Shown here: piece after piece, positions 25,500 to 37,925 of the stretch
How positions within the stretch are numbered: the stretch's first letter is position 1
Layout: each line of letters starts with the position of its first letter
Assembly (NCBI RefSeq): GCF_018350175.1
Contig: NC_058368.1
Location: 96,846,001 to 96,910,000 of the forward strand
Direction of reading: 5' to 3'
Length of the DNA stretch: 64,000 nt
DNA from: Felis catus
Taxonomy: Eukaryota
Notes under the pieces: generated by a model
Seen by the model: the letters and a program-made list of their open reading frames with translations, nothing else
The model's database searches: none
Told to the model about the DNA's origin: nothing
Program-made: the position numbers and the translations under genes

Positions 25500-26989
25500 C
25501 AATGCAATCTCTATCAAAATTCCAATGGTGTGTTTTAGAAAAATAGGAAAACAATTTTTTAAATTCATATGCAACTATAAAAGACCCCAAATACTTAAAC
25601 AAATCTTCAGCAACAAGAACAAAGCTGGAAGTATAACAACACCAGATTTCAAAATATATTACAAAGTTATAGTAATCAAAAGAGTATGGCATGGGCATAA
25701 AAACAGACATAGAGACCAATAGAACAGAATCAATAACCCATAAATAATCCACATATCTACACTCAAATGATCTTTGACAAATATACCAATAACACACAAT
25801 GGAGACAGGACAGTCTCTTCAGTAAATGGTGCTAGGAAAACTGAATATCCATATTTAGAAGAATGAAATTAAGCATATGTCATCTGTAAAAAGTCAACTC
25901 AAAATGGGTTAAACACTTTTAAACATAACAGCTGAATCTGTAAAACTACAAGTAGAAAACATAGGGGAAAAGTTTCTTGATGTCGGTGTAGGCAAATGAT
26001 TTATTTGGATATGACACCAAAAGCACAGGAAACAAAAGCAAAAATAGGAAAGGGGGATGCGACCAAACTAAAAAGCTTTTGCACAGCAAAGGAAACAATC
26101 ATCAGCACGAAAAGGCAACCCTAAAGAATGGGAGAAAATATTTGCAAACCATTTATCTGACAAGTGATTAATTTCCAAAAAAATAGTGAAAAATAGGCAA
26201 GGGACCTAAATAAACATATCTCAAAAGAAGATCTGCAAATTCCAATCAGTATCCCAAAAGATAAGTTTAACATAACTAATCACCAGGGAAATTCAAAGCA
26301 AAACCACAATGAGCTATCACCTCATGTCTCTTAGAATGGCTTTTACCAAAAGCACAAAGGATAACAAGTGTTGGTGAGGATGTGGAGAAAAGGGAACCCT
26401 TGAACACTGTTGATGGGTATTTAACTGATATAGAACTATGGGAAATAGTATGAAGATTCTTCCCCCAAATTAAAAAATATACAACCATATCATCTAGCAA
26501 TCCCACTTCTAGGAATTTATCTAAAAGTATTGAAATCAGGATTTCAAAGAGATAAGACTCCATGGTCACTGCGGCCCTACTCACAATAGCCATGGTAAGG
26601 AAATAACTAAATTTCAGGGATGGGTAAATGGACAAGAAAACATGAGATAGAAAGATGGTAGACATATATATAGCTAGAAAAAGAGATATATAATGAAATA
26701 GTATTCAGCCTTAAAAAAGAAGCCCTACTAAGGCAACCACATAGATAAACAAGAACAACATTAGGCTAAGTGAAATAAGCCAGGCAGAGAAAGATGAATC
26801 CTGCATGACCTCACTTATATATGGAATCTAAAACAGTCAGACCTATAGAAGCGGAAAGGATAATAGTGGTTTCCAGAGGCAGGAGGGAGGTGTTGGGGGG
26901 AGAATGAAATAAGAAGATATTGGTCAAAGGGTATAAAGTTTCCATTATGCAAGGTGAATAAATTCTGGATATCTAATACACAACACTGT
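25500..26989 (+). mobile_element. L1 ORF2 C-terminal half plus 3' UTR, inverted part of the same L1
   Basis: ORF 25525-25722 encodes NKAGSITTPDFKIYYKVIVIKRVWHGHKNR (ORF2-like), with stops and frameshifts; runs into the L1 3' UTR and stops before the terminus. Confidence 0.92.
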
Positions 26990-27377
26990 CATTTTGGTTT
27001 CTTAAGCCAACCTAAACAATTCTGTGTGCATTGTTTTGCTTCTTATGTAGTTCCCATTAGTCACACCAAAATCCTCTATTTGAAACTTCCTTCTGAGATC
27101 CCCTTAAGGTGAAAATAGCACTTAATCTGAGAGTGAAGGCTAGGGACGAAAAAAGTAGGGGAAAATGTGTTTCTACCAGCTAGAAAGCTAGACACCAGCT
27201 AGAAAGGTTCTTAGATGGGAATGAGTTTTGTCTCTTTGGGGGAACTAAATTAAAACCAGTATATTTAAAAAAAGGCAATTAGTCAAAGGGGAGAATGGCT
27301 AAAGGTAAACACAGAAAAGTAGAAAGGGATCAGATCGCACGGAGCCTGAAAAGCTGGGTTAAGAATATTCTACCTTA

Positions 27378-27588
27378 GGGGTGCCTGGGTGGCTCAGTCA
27401 GTTAGGCATCAGACTTGATTTCAGCTCAGGTCATGATCTCACAGTTCATGAGCTCAAGCCCTGCATCAGGCTCTGTGTTGACAGTGCAGAGGCTGCTTGG
27501 GATTCTCTGTCTCCCTCTCTCTCTCTCTGTGCCTTCCTGCTCATGCCCTCTCTCTCTCACTCTAAAAATAATTACACATTTAAACATA
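27378..27588 (+). mobile_element. Can-SINE
   Basis: TSD aagaatattctacctt / aggaatattctacttt. Confidence 0.95.
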
Positions 27589-27763
27589 AAGGAATATTCT
27601 ACTTTATCTGTATCTGTTTATTTTACTTTTACTGTATCTGTTTATCTCAGATACAATGGAAAATCATTGGGAGCATTTTAAGCTTTTTTATTGTTTCCAA
27701 AAAAAAAAATATTCTGGCTGCTTCATAGCAAATGATTTTGGAAGGAATTAAGAGCAAGATGAA

Positions 27764-27979
27764 GGGGCACTTGGGTGGCTCAGTTGGTTTAGTGTCCGAC
27801 TCTTGATTTGGGCTCAGGTCACGATCCCAGGGTTGTGGGATGAAGCTCCATGCTCAGCTGGAGCCTGCTTAAGATTTTCTATTTTCTCTCTGTCCCTCTG
27901 CCCCTCTCCCCTGCTCTGTCTCTGTCCTAACTCACTCTCTCTCTCTTTAAAAAACAAAAAACAAAAACAAAAACAAAAG
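27764..27979 (+). mobile_element. Can-SINE (older type)
   Basis: ggggcacttgggtggctcag head; (CAAAAA)n tail. Confidence 0.92.
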
Positions 27980-28669
27980 AATGATATTGTATAACTATGG
28001 TCATAGGGGAAAACTAGCCTCCTTGCCCCTGAGAAAGGTGGACGATTTGGGGAAATAAAAATGAAAGCAGAAAACTCATTTATTTTAGAAATTCAATATA
28101 AATTCACAAGAAGTTGGAGATTCTTGATGTAGAGAGACTTATGGATTGCGGTCTGCCATCTGTATAAACACACAAGCACAACTCTGAGGGTCAGGCCAAT
28201 TAAGTACATAATAAACTGCTTTCAAGGAAGCTGTTTCAAAGAACAGTAAGTCATAAAGGAACAACAGCAGATAATAAATTAAGGGGCCTCGACGACGTTT
28301 TAAGCCCTCTCTCGTTTCTAATGCCTTTCTTTTTATCCTTTTTTTTTTTATGAACCTTTTTAACTTTTATGCATTTGTGGAGTAACCAAAGCACAGTAAA
28401 ATGTATTTTCCTTAAATTCTAACCAAGAGGGCAACAGCCTATAGTAGGGTTAGTAAAATGAAGCTTAACTTTAAAAGGAGAGGCCTCTGCTATTTAATTA
28501 GTGGTCTACCATCAAAGTCCTCAGCACCCTTCTAACGCCCTCAAACCAGAGAAACTTCTTTTGACTACCTTAGTAAATACAACTTATTTTCAAATAAGCT
28601 ATTTTGAGATCAAGTGATACAGATGAAGTTGTCATACCCTGCAGTTGTAGTTAAAGCTGCAAATGACCT

Positions 28670-28881
28670 GGGGATGCTTGGGTGGCTCAGTCGGTTAAGT
28701 GTCCAACTCTTGATTTTGGCTCAGGTCATGAGCTCAGGTTCATGAGTATGAGCTCCATGTGGGGCTCTGCACTGACAGCATGGAGCCTGCTTATGATTCT
28801 CTCTCTCCCTCCCTTCTCCTTCCCTGCTCATGCTCTCTGTCTTTCTCAAAATAAATAAATAAACTTAAAAAAAAAAAAAAA
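28670..28881 (+). mobile_element. Can-SINE
   Basis: TSD agctgcaaatgacctgg / agctgcaagtgacctgg. Confidence 0.95.
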
Positions 28882-29215
28882 GAGCTGCAAGTGACCTGGA
28901 TTGCACTATTTTATCAATTCAGGCAATCCCTAGAACCCATCATCATTTTAATTCCCCAAGGTCTTGTCCATTAAGTCTATGACTTAGAAACAGTATTTAG
29001 CAAATTAATTCATTGCTGCAGGCCTTTCATAGTTGGACAATGTAATGAGTTGTATAATGTTCTATCTTGCTTTTCCCAAAGTGAAATTAATATCAAAAAT
29101 GCCTAATTTAAAAAATCAATTAACACATATAGAACATTTTCAAGTCATACTGAAAGTCCTATCAGTAAATAATCTTAAGTGAAGCAAACTACGGAACATC
29201 CGTCAAGAAAGTGTA

Positions 29216-29422
29216 GGGGCGCCTGGGTGGCGCAGTCGGTTAAGCGTCCGACTTCAGCCAGGTCACGATCTCGCGGTCCATGAGTTCGAGCCCCGCGTCA
29301 GGCTCTGGGCTGATGGCTCGGAGCCTTGAGCCTGTTTACGATTCTGTGTCTCCCTCTCTCTCTGCCCCTCCCCCGTTCATGCTCTGTCTCTCTCTGTCCC
29401 AAAAATTTAAAAAAAAAAAAAA
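29216..29422 (+). mobile_element. Young SINEC_Fc-type Can-SINE
   Basis: CpG-rich near-consensus head; TSD aaagtgta on both sides; pure A tail. Confidence 0.97.
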
Positions 29423-30619
29423 GTGTACTAGAGCCCTAGAAAGTAACTTTGTTTTGCCATTAGAATCTGTGTCTCCATTTGTTTAAATAGAAGATGCTTA
29501 AATGCCCTCTTCAAGCACGGCTGACATCACTTGAGTGCTTGTCTTCTGGCAAAAGACACATTATTCCATCCCAATGCATTTCTACCAAAGGGCAAGTCTG
29601 TTCCAATAACTTTTTAGATGACCAGCACGACTCTTCCCTTCAGAGCTCTGGGTCACTTGTGTGATCAACACTGATCTGTGTCGACATATAAATGGGGGCC
29701 AGCCACTGAGAAAAATGTTATCTCCTGAGCTTTAAGATCAATTGAAATGAACTATAGATTAGCGAGCTACTGAACCACTTGGGCAGTGGAAAATTTTGAT
29801 TTCTACAAAGGAATTTTAAAAAAACAACCAGGCAAGGGAAGAAAGGTGTGTTTCTGGGATCCAGCTACCCTGCGGCGTCCAAAAGTCACACGTGTTTCTT
29901 TGACACCACAAGGACCTAACACTGTGTTCCAGCAAGCTTACGGTTATGGTATGCGACAGATGCCAGAACATTCGCTACCTTCTCAGGGATGATGCAAGAA
30001 ATGTGGAAAAGGAAATAGGCATTTAGTGATTCATATTATGGACCAGCAGGCATTCCAAAGTTCCTTTTGCTCTTGATGTTTAGATAACGTCCTCTCCATG
30101 CAGTTAATAAGACAAGATTTGAACATGTGAACGGATATGTGTGACACTGTGTGAGTGTGTGGATATACTTTGAAACCCAAATCTAAACACTATTATAAAT
30201 CTAAATAGAACTGAGATCTCCAGGAGTCTGACCTTTTGATAATAATGTGTTCCAGCAACCCAATTATTATTTTGATAACTAGTATAATGTTACACACTAA
30301 ATAAAGAACTGGAGATTAATTAGTGGTGTCAAAAGCTCAAAAACTTTGGAACATTAAAATGTGTATAATGAAAACTCCAAAAAGGATTAAATACCTGGCA
30401 TACTGTGCAGATAACAAAAATAAAGGTACTAGCACTCTTACTGTGTTCAAATTGCCCTATAGCCAGGCCAGTAAAAATGTTGACCAGACTGGTTGGTAAT
30501 ATGTACCAGGTATTCAAAAATGTTTACTGAATCACCCAGCCATTCATCACTTTGGCCTTCACCAAAAGCTTTTGCCAACTACTCAATTCCGCACAGTGAC
30601 TTTAACTGAAAATCAGTGG

Positions 30620-30840
30620 TGGGAGCATCCATCTATATGGCTCAGTCAGGTGACTGATGCTTCTGACTCCTGATTTTGGCTCAGGTCATGATCTCACAGT
30701 TCGTGAGCTTGAGCCCCGCATTGGGCTCTGTGCTGACAGGCCAGAACCTGCTTGGGATTCTCTCTCAATTTCTCTCTCTCTCTCTCTCTCTCTCTGCCCC
30801 TCCCCCATTCACACTCTCTCTCAAAATACACATAAAAAAC
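30620..30840 (+). mobile_element. Can-SINE
   Basis: TSD atcagtggtg on both sides; ggctcaggtcatgatctcacagttcgtgag. Confidence 0.93.
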
Positions 30841-33748
30841 ATCAGTGGTGCTGTATTAAGTACTTGAATTGGAATCTAGATCTAACATAAGATCCTTTGA
30901 AATGTCTAAATGTTGTTTCCCTCTCAGACTCATCAGATGCACTTCTAGACCTTTAGATTTTTCTGATGCTGATTTCTTCTGGTAAATTCTGCTCGGGATT
31001 TTCTTTCCTATGATTTCATTGTATTCGCAATTACATTTTGAGCACTTTGTTTATATATCGTACAATATACTCAATCCCAAAGACATCACGAGGTTTCCTA
31101 GTCCCAAGGCAGTATGCATGTTTTAAATAAGCCAAGTGGTAACTTCAAAGTAGAAGGTGGAAAGAGGTGTTGTGATAAAAGTTAACAAGCAAACATGTAC
31201 AGTTAGTGGCTGTACAAGAAAAGGAAACGTTGGATTCAAGAAGTAGGCAGTCAAGGACTCACCAACAACCTAGATCACATTTTACTAATATTTCCCGTTT
31301 AGTTCACTGCTTCTTCATTCAATCAATTCATTCTCGTGATTTTGTAAAGATATCTCTGTGCTTATTGTTTGTAACAACCAAAAGCCCTTCTCTGATGATC
31401 AGGGCAGGAACATATCCCTCTTATTTTCTATCAACAACTCCCAGAGCAGTCTAATGTCAAAAGCGAGCTTGCCTCTTGAAGGCAAGGATTCTTTTTTTCC
31501 CCCATTATCTTCCTTCTTCCTAAAATTTTTTCACTTCAAAAATAGTTCTACAAGCTTTGCAGTGTTGGATTCAGACCCTGCGGGGACCTCACTGGAACGT
31601 CTCTCCAAGCTCCTCTGGTTTTTGTTTCAAGGAAACACACTTGGAGGCCAAAATACAAAGAGTCTGTTTGAATCGACTTGAAGGGAGCTTCTCACGTGTT
31701 GAGCTCACATATGGTGACTGAACAGAGGGAGAAACGCACCCTGCTTGTTTTTGAAGTGTTTGGGTAATTTTGTTTCAGGCTGCCATATGGCACCACACCC
31801 CTCTGCCCATATTTCAAATCTTTTTTTTTTTTCCTTAGGCCAGGCATGGTTATAAAGAGGAGAGGAAGAATTCGAATCTAGAGGTTTAATTACCTTCACA
31901 TGTCAAGGACCCAAGACATCCACAGCTCCCTTTTCCATATTTTATCACATGGACTCACCCGGGATGTCTCCTTTTATGGCTGCCTCAAATCACTGCTGGT
32001 GATTGTTCATACTGAGGATGCTCCTTCCTCCAGACAGGAAGCGTGTGATCTTGGGACGATTCCCAGATGTGGGGATTCAAACTGGCAGCTAAACACACAC
32101 TCTGACTCATTTAAAATAGCATGTTACACTTGAACAAGAGGGAAGAGACCTGGGCAATTATTAGAAATGTAACTTTTAAGCTTTTAAGGGATTGCATGGC
32201 AATTTTGATAATGGAGCTTAATGGGGTGAAAACCGAAGTCTTGGGAATTTAATGAAATGTATCTGTGCAGGACTCAACTTGATACCAACCATTTTCAACC
32301 ACACATAAAAACATTATCTTCTAAACACTAGGACAGTCACAGTGTTTAAAAATAAATAAATACAACCTTCAAAATGGTGTTATCTTCCTCATTAAATGCC
32401 AATTGCTTCAATAAAAAAGAACCAGTGTGCAGAGTTAAAAGGCTAACCTCTCTCTCTCTCTGATGAGATAGTTTTTCAGGCATAACATCTTCACACTTAT
32501 TCATCCCCAAATAAAGAAAAAACTTTGGGTGTAAATAATGGTTTTTGAAACAAGCCATCCCCTGTATCCCAGGTCGTCAAAAACAGACCATCCCTTGGCC
32601 ATCTCCTCACTATGCAGAACCCCTCCATAGGGGTTCTTCCCCACCACCTTCCTAAGGGGGGTATGCAGACCCAGAAGAGATAAACCAGAACCTGAAACCA
32701 GCACTTTGGTACTGGCCAGAGGTCAGGACTTCAACTGGTGGAAGACCAAGCCCAAGGTACCATGACAATCAACATTTAGAAGTTGGAAAACCTTCACTTC
32801 CTGAGTTTTTCTGCCCAACTTAGACTGCTTCGAGATTAGATTAGTTATGATGTTTTCAACTAGGAACATGGGTGACCTGTATGCACAGAAGCGAGGTTGT
32901 CAACTTGTATTTACATTTCAGGTCTCTGCCAGTGATACATGGACTGGCAATTTTCCATTTGGAGAGCAGTGAATGATAATGGCGTAATTAATATTAATAG
33001 GGCCATTACATCTCCACAAGTCATTCGCATATTTAAATGAACTCTCCGTCTCTTCATTTCTCTGGGCTATTTTTGCATTGATATTATTATAACCTTTAGA
33101 TCTCTATTTTAACTTCTGAAAGCAATTTACCTCATCAGTTTAATATCAAAGAAGAAACTGGGAAACCTCATTTGAATACAATTTTCATTTTTTATTTCTT
33201 TCAAGATTTCAAGCTTAGCCTAGGAATAGGCCCCCTACTGCTGCATCACTTGGCTTTTGAGTAGTTGCTCACATACTTACCCCCACCTACATATGCCATC
33301 AACGAGGCAAGGCTCTCATAAAACTTAGAGAGATTTCTACATAAGAAATAAGGCTGAGTAAGAAAGTCAGATGGGGGACCACAGGACGAAAAGAACAGTA
33401 TAAGCACAAGACAAGTATTTCATACACTTCACGTGGAATCCACCAAGCTAAGAGAGGCTGCATGTATTTGTCAGGTGCAATTAGACAGCATTTCAGAATA
33501 CAACTGCAGTAAAGGCAAATCATGAGGAACCAGTACTGCCACAAAGCTCTGAATCTGGGTTGAATCCTTTTTAAACTGTACAATGATGGGTGGAGACCCT
33601 TGCGTATGGCTTATGACCCCTAATAGGAGACAGAGAGTCTAAAGACACAGGGCAATTCAGGCTATAAAATTTGGGAGCTCACTGATTAGTACACATGCTC
33701 TTTAACTTTCAAACGAGAAATGAAAGTAAGAAAAAAAATTAAGTTTGT

Positions 33749-33820
33749 AACATACATATATATGTATGTAGACACATGTAACATACATACATAAATATGT
33801 ATACATATATACATAGTATA
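33749..33820. repeat. Degenerate TA/TACA low-complexity repeat
   Basis: catacatatatatgtatgtag...catacatacataaatatgtatacatatatac. Confidence 0.8.
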
Positions 33821-33831
33821 GTTCTTTAGAT

Positions 33832-34029
33832 TTTTAAAGTTTATTTATTTATTTTGAGAGAGAGAATGCATGAGTCCAGGAGGGGCAGAGAGAAAGGATG
33901 ACAGAGATAATCCCAAGCAGGCTCTGCACAATCAGCACAGAGCCCTAAGTGGGATTTCAACCCACGAACCGTGAGATCATGACCTGAGCCAAAGTCAGAC
34001 GCTTAACGACTGAGCCACCCAGGCGCCCC
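33832..34029 (-). mobile_element. Can-SINE
   Basis: gagccacccaggcgcccc end; tttatttatt tail. Confidence 0.95.
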
Positions 34030-34426
34030 AATTATTCAGATTTTTTAAATCATTTTCACTAAAGGTAATTCTTTTATATCTAATTTGTACACTTGTAATA
34101 TAGGAAGAATTGTCCTCACTTTGAACAAAATGTTTCAAACTTAATAATTTCAAAATTTAAATGGATTGTTTAAGGATTCATTTTAAAGTTATTTCAGATT
34201 TCTTCTGAGACTTGTAATACGGACTCTTACCAGCAAACAGATCAATGAATTCTCTGACAGAGAAGGGAAGAGAATCAGAAAATGAATTGATGGGACTTTC
34301 TTGTATAGGATTTGCAATAGGCTCTATTTTAGATTCAAACATCTAAACATCCATCCAGGCCCTTCCACATTGTTACATAGTTTCCTTTGTGCTAAATAAG
34401 TTGCATTTGTAAGAGAGCATACAAGA

Positions 34427-34468
34427 TTTTTTTTAAGTTTATTTATTTTTAGAGAGTAAGTGGGGGAG

Positions 34469-34505
<37 letters not shown>

Positions 34506-34630
34506 CCCCAGCAGGCCCTGCACAGACAGCACAGATCCCCATGTGGGGCTCGAACCAAGGAACCATGAGATCATGACCTGAGCCAAACCAAGAGTCAGAC
34601 ACTCAACCAACAGAACCACCCAGGCACCCC
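34427..34630 (-). mobile_element. Can-SINE with (GA)n
   Basis: TSD agcatacaa on both sides. Confidence 0.95.
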
Positions 34631-34669
34631 AGCATACAAAACTGCTAATTCCAGTTTGTTAGGGTATAC

Positions 34670-34890
34670 TTTGGGGAGTATACTGCCCAGAATAAGGGCT
34701 TCTGAAATGAGTAAGATCCAGGTTTGAATTTAGGCTTTACTGCTTATTAACTGTTTCACTTAACAGAGCTTCACCTTTTGAACTTCAGCTCCCTATCTTG
34801 CAAAAAAAAGTCATGAGCCTCACCTGAGATGAAGTACAAAATTAAAACACCTTAGGCAATGACCGGCACATAATAGATGATTGATTGGTA
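34670..34890 (+). mobile_element. MIR
   Basis: gatccaggtttgaatttaggctttactgcttattaactgt...gaacttcagctccctatcttgcaaaa. Confidence 0.6.
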
Positions 34891-35189
34891 AGTTTGAAAT
34901 GTGCCCTCATGGGTGATCATTCCAAAGAAAAATGAAATTTTTAACCATGTTTCTTTGATACTTTATACCAACCAAATAAATTCATGACCCAGTGTAAATA
35001 TTGCCTGTGATCTCAGTAACAGGATCTGGGACTAAATAAGATAACGTATCTAAACTGCTCTGAGATCTCTTCTAATGCACTCTTCAGTAGGAGGTCAATA
35101 AAACAGTCACCTAAGTGCCTGAAAATAATAGAAAGAGCTTTACCAAAGAGATGGCGGAGACTACAGAAATGAGACCAACCAAATTACAT

Positions 35190-35330
35190 TCTGCTGAGCA
35201 CTTGATTAAATTTAGCTTTTAAAATCCTCTCAACAACCCTGTAAACTAAGTGATACTATCATCCCCGTTTTCCAGATAAGGAAACAGAAATGTAGATCAG
35301 ATGAATGATCTCTTCTGGGTAGTTGTTATC
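35190..35330 (-). mobile_element. MIR
   Basis: aatcctctcaacaaccctgtaa...atccccgttttccagataaggaaacaga. Confidence 0.75.
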
Positions 35331-37882
35331 TTAATACAGGATGACTACTGTGTATATCACTATAGGATAGAAGTTAAAGCCTTACAGGGGTTAGAATTAA
35401 ATTTTGCCAAACTCCAGAGCCTACTAAAATTAATTTCACTCAAACTCGAAGAAGCTGATATGCTTGGTTTCCACGCAACTCTTCGACACCACGAGATGCT
35501 CAAAAACAACATCATGTCACTTCGAATGACTATTTCTGATGACAGGGGAGAAAGGGAGGATTCAGGGTATGTATGCTTTTATTTCTGCGGCTGGTTGAGC
35601 TACTACTCATTCATATCATTCAGCCTGTAATGAAATTGTGAAGTCTGTGGTGGAAAATGCCTACCAGGACCTCAAAGATTCCATGTCTTCCAACTGCCTT
35701 TAGAGCTACTCAACAGGATACTTAAAGCTGCAGACTCTTTAACTCTCCTGATGTCTGGAAAAATTTAGGAATTATACAGATAACACAACACATAAGCAAA
35801 AGTGCATCTGGACCCTGCCATTTTCTCTCCATTATCTGTGTCACTGAACTGTGTTTATTGTTTTTGATTTAATAGCATGATAGCATGTGGTTAGACTTGA
35901 CAGAAATTGAACCATCACCGGCCAGCCTTCATGAAGAGATCTCCTTAGTTCTGAAATATATCATGACTCCCATCTTTATTTTCTGATTATTTTTAACTTC
36001 TGAAAGCATCTTCATTAAATCCAGAAGACCATATTCCCATGTGATTAAACCGAGTCAGTATATTTTCTTTGTTAACTTGAAATCCCATTATGCAAATACA
36101 CTGATCCAAAACAGGTAGGGGTGAGGGGTGATGGTATTTATTCTAGAAAAATTGATTGCCCAGTAGGATTTGAAAAAATAAGAATCTTAATCACCATTAC
36201 ATAAATACACTTCACACCATCTTTTATGTTCAACAAGGAATACTCTACTGTATAATATTTAGTCAGGATCTGCACTTGCCTGATATTATAGATAAGCCAT
36301 CTCTACTGCTATGTCTATGAACATCTGAGAGAAAAAAATAAAACGTATACATGGTAAATCCAATCTACTTAGAGAATCTAATGCTTTTTCACTTTTAGGT
36401 GTACAATGAACAAAGTGTGCTCCAAGCAGAGTTAGAGATTAATGAAAAACCCATGACGCACACGAATGATCACACGTATGTGTGCTCAAAACAAATATTT
36501 ACTAAGTCCACTGTACAGAAAGCTTTACTATTCTGACTGAACCCACAGATTCTCAATCACAAATTTGTTACTAGCTGATTGTCAGCGCTATGAACTGAAC
36601 TGTCATGACAGAATGGTTAATACAGAAGAACCAGTAGGTCATGAGTTAAGAGGCTACATATCCTGAAATAAGAATTAGAGACATTTCAAGAGGGAACTAA
36701 CTAGGTTCCTAGAAATGGGATCACAAGCATCACTTGTGATCACTTTTACATAGTCCCAAACGCTGAAACTACCCATCTTTCAGGCCTACTCTCCAATTTG
36801 ATTTTCAGGGCCTGCCAAAGCTGGGCGGTAAACTTAACTAGATTTATTGGGTTAAAATGGACACAGAGGAAGGGTTAAATAAGGAACAGAGATGATGTCA
36901 AAGTTGCATTGGACTTCTGTGTCAACAGCACTCATCAGTTGGTCAATCATCAAGTGTGTGTTGCACAGTGCCAAAATACTCAACTAAAATGGGATTGGAT
37001 TCATTGGGAGGAAGACCCAACAGCAGAGCAAACTTCAGTGAGGAAAATCCCAACTACACCCATCCTTTCTGTGTGATCATGCACAAATGATTACAGGAGA
37101 TTAAGTACATAAAGCTAGTGACACACTGTGTGGCTCACTGTAAGAATTAAACAAATAGTAACTATGATACAGGGATGGGAGAGATACTTTTGATAGTCTG
37201 GAGGGTTAGAAGGGGGCGGGGGGTTAAGAAAATAAGGCATCAAAATAAAAAATGTTTGGCAACTGGCAAATCAAAAAGTGTAACACCATTTCAACATAGT
37301 TGAAAAATTTCAAGCCCACGAGTAAAAGATGATAAAGCAATGAATAGATAATCTTACAGAAAAGCACACATCTGAAAATTATGCACACAGCCTGGTGCTG
37401 TGTTCTCTAACACCAAAAAACAAAGAGAAAGAAACAACAGGCCAAAACAAAAAACTTTCAAATTTTGAGAAAAAAGACAAATTCTGAAGTGATAGCTTGC
37501 AGCAATTTTACTATCTCACAATCTGCCAGTATTATTTTTTCAGAACCACAAAAACAAAGATTTTATTGTCCATCTATTTTGCCTCCTACAATCTAATATA
37601 CAACAACAGCAACAACAAAAAAAATAGAGAATTTGAATTCCCAAACTAATGGATAATTCAGCCTTGTGCTTCTATAACTCTAACTCTTTTTCTCTATTAC
37701 TACCTGATATACATTAAGGAAATGGATTACAGATAAGACATTTTCACAGAACTTGTCCAAGACTAAAATCAAAGTAGCTAAGTCTCAGGTAAATTAAAAG
37801 TGGCAGTTACCACTGGATACACTGAGGGGCTTGCGGGACACAGAAAATTAAGTCCTGGACAAATAAGGTCAATTGGTAAGAA

Positions 37883-37885
<3 letters not shown>

Positions 37886-37923
<38 letters not shown>
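37886..37923 (+). repeat. Poly(A) tract, 38 nt
   Basis: uninterrupted A38 with no SINE or L1 body immediately upstream. Confidence 0.98.

Positions 37924-37925
<2 letters not shown>

Noticed and set aside
33107..36008. Exact 18-bp match ttttaacttctgaaagca at 33107-33124 and 35991-36008
   Set aside because: AT-rich, no flanking similarity and no element between them that it would bracket; compatible with chance.
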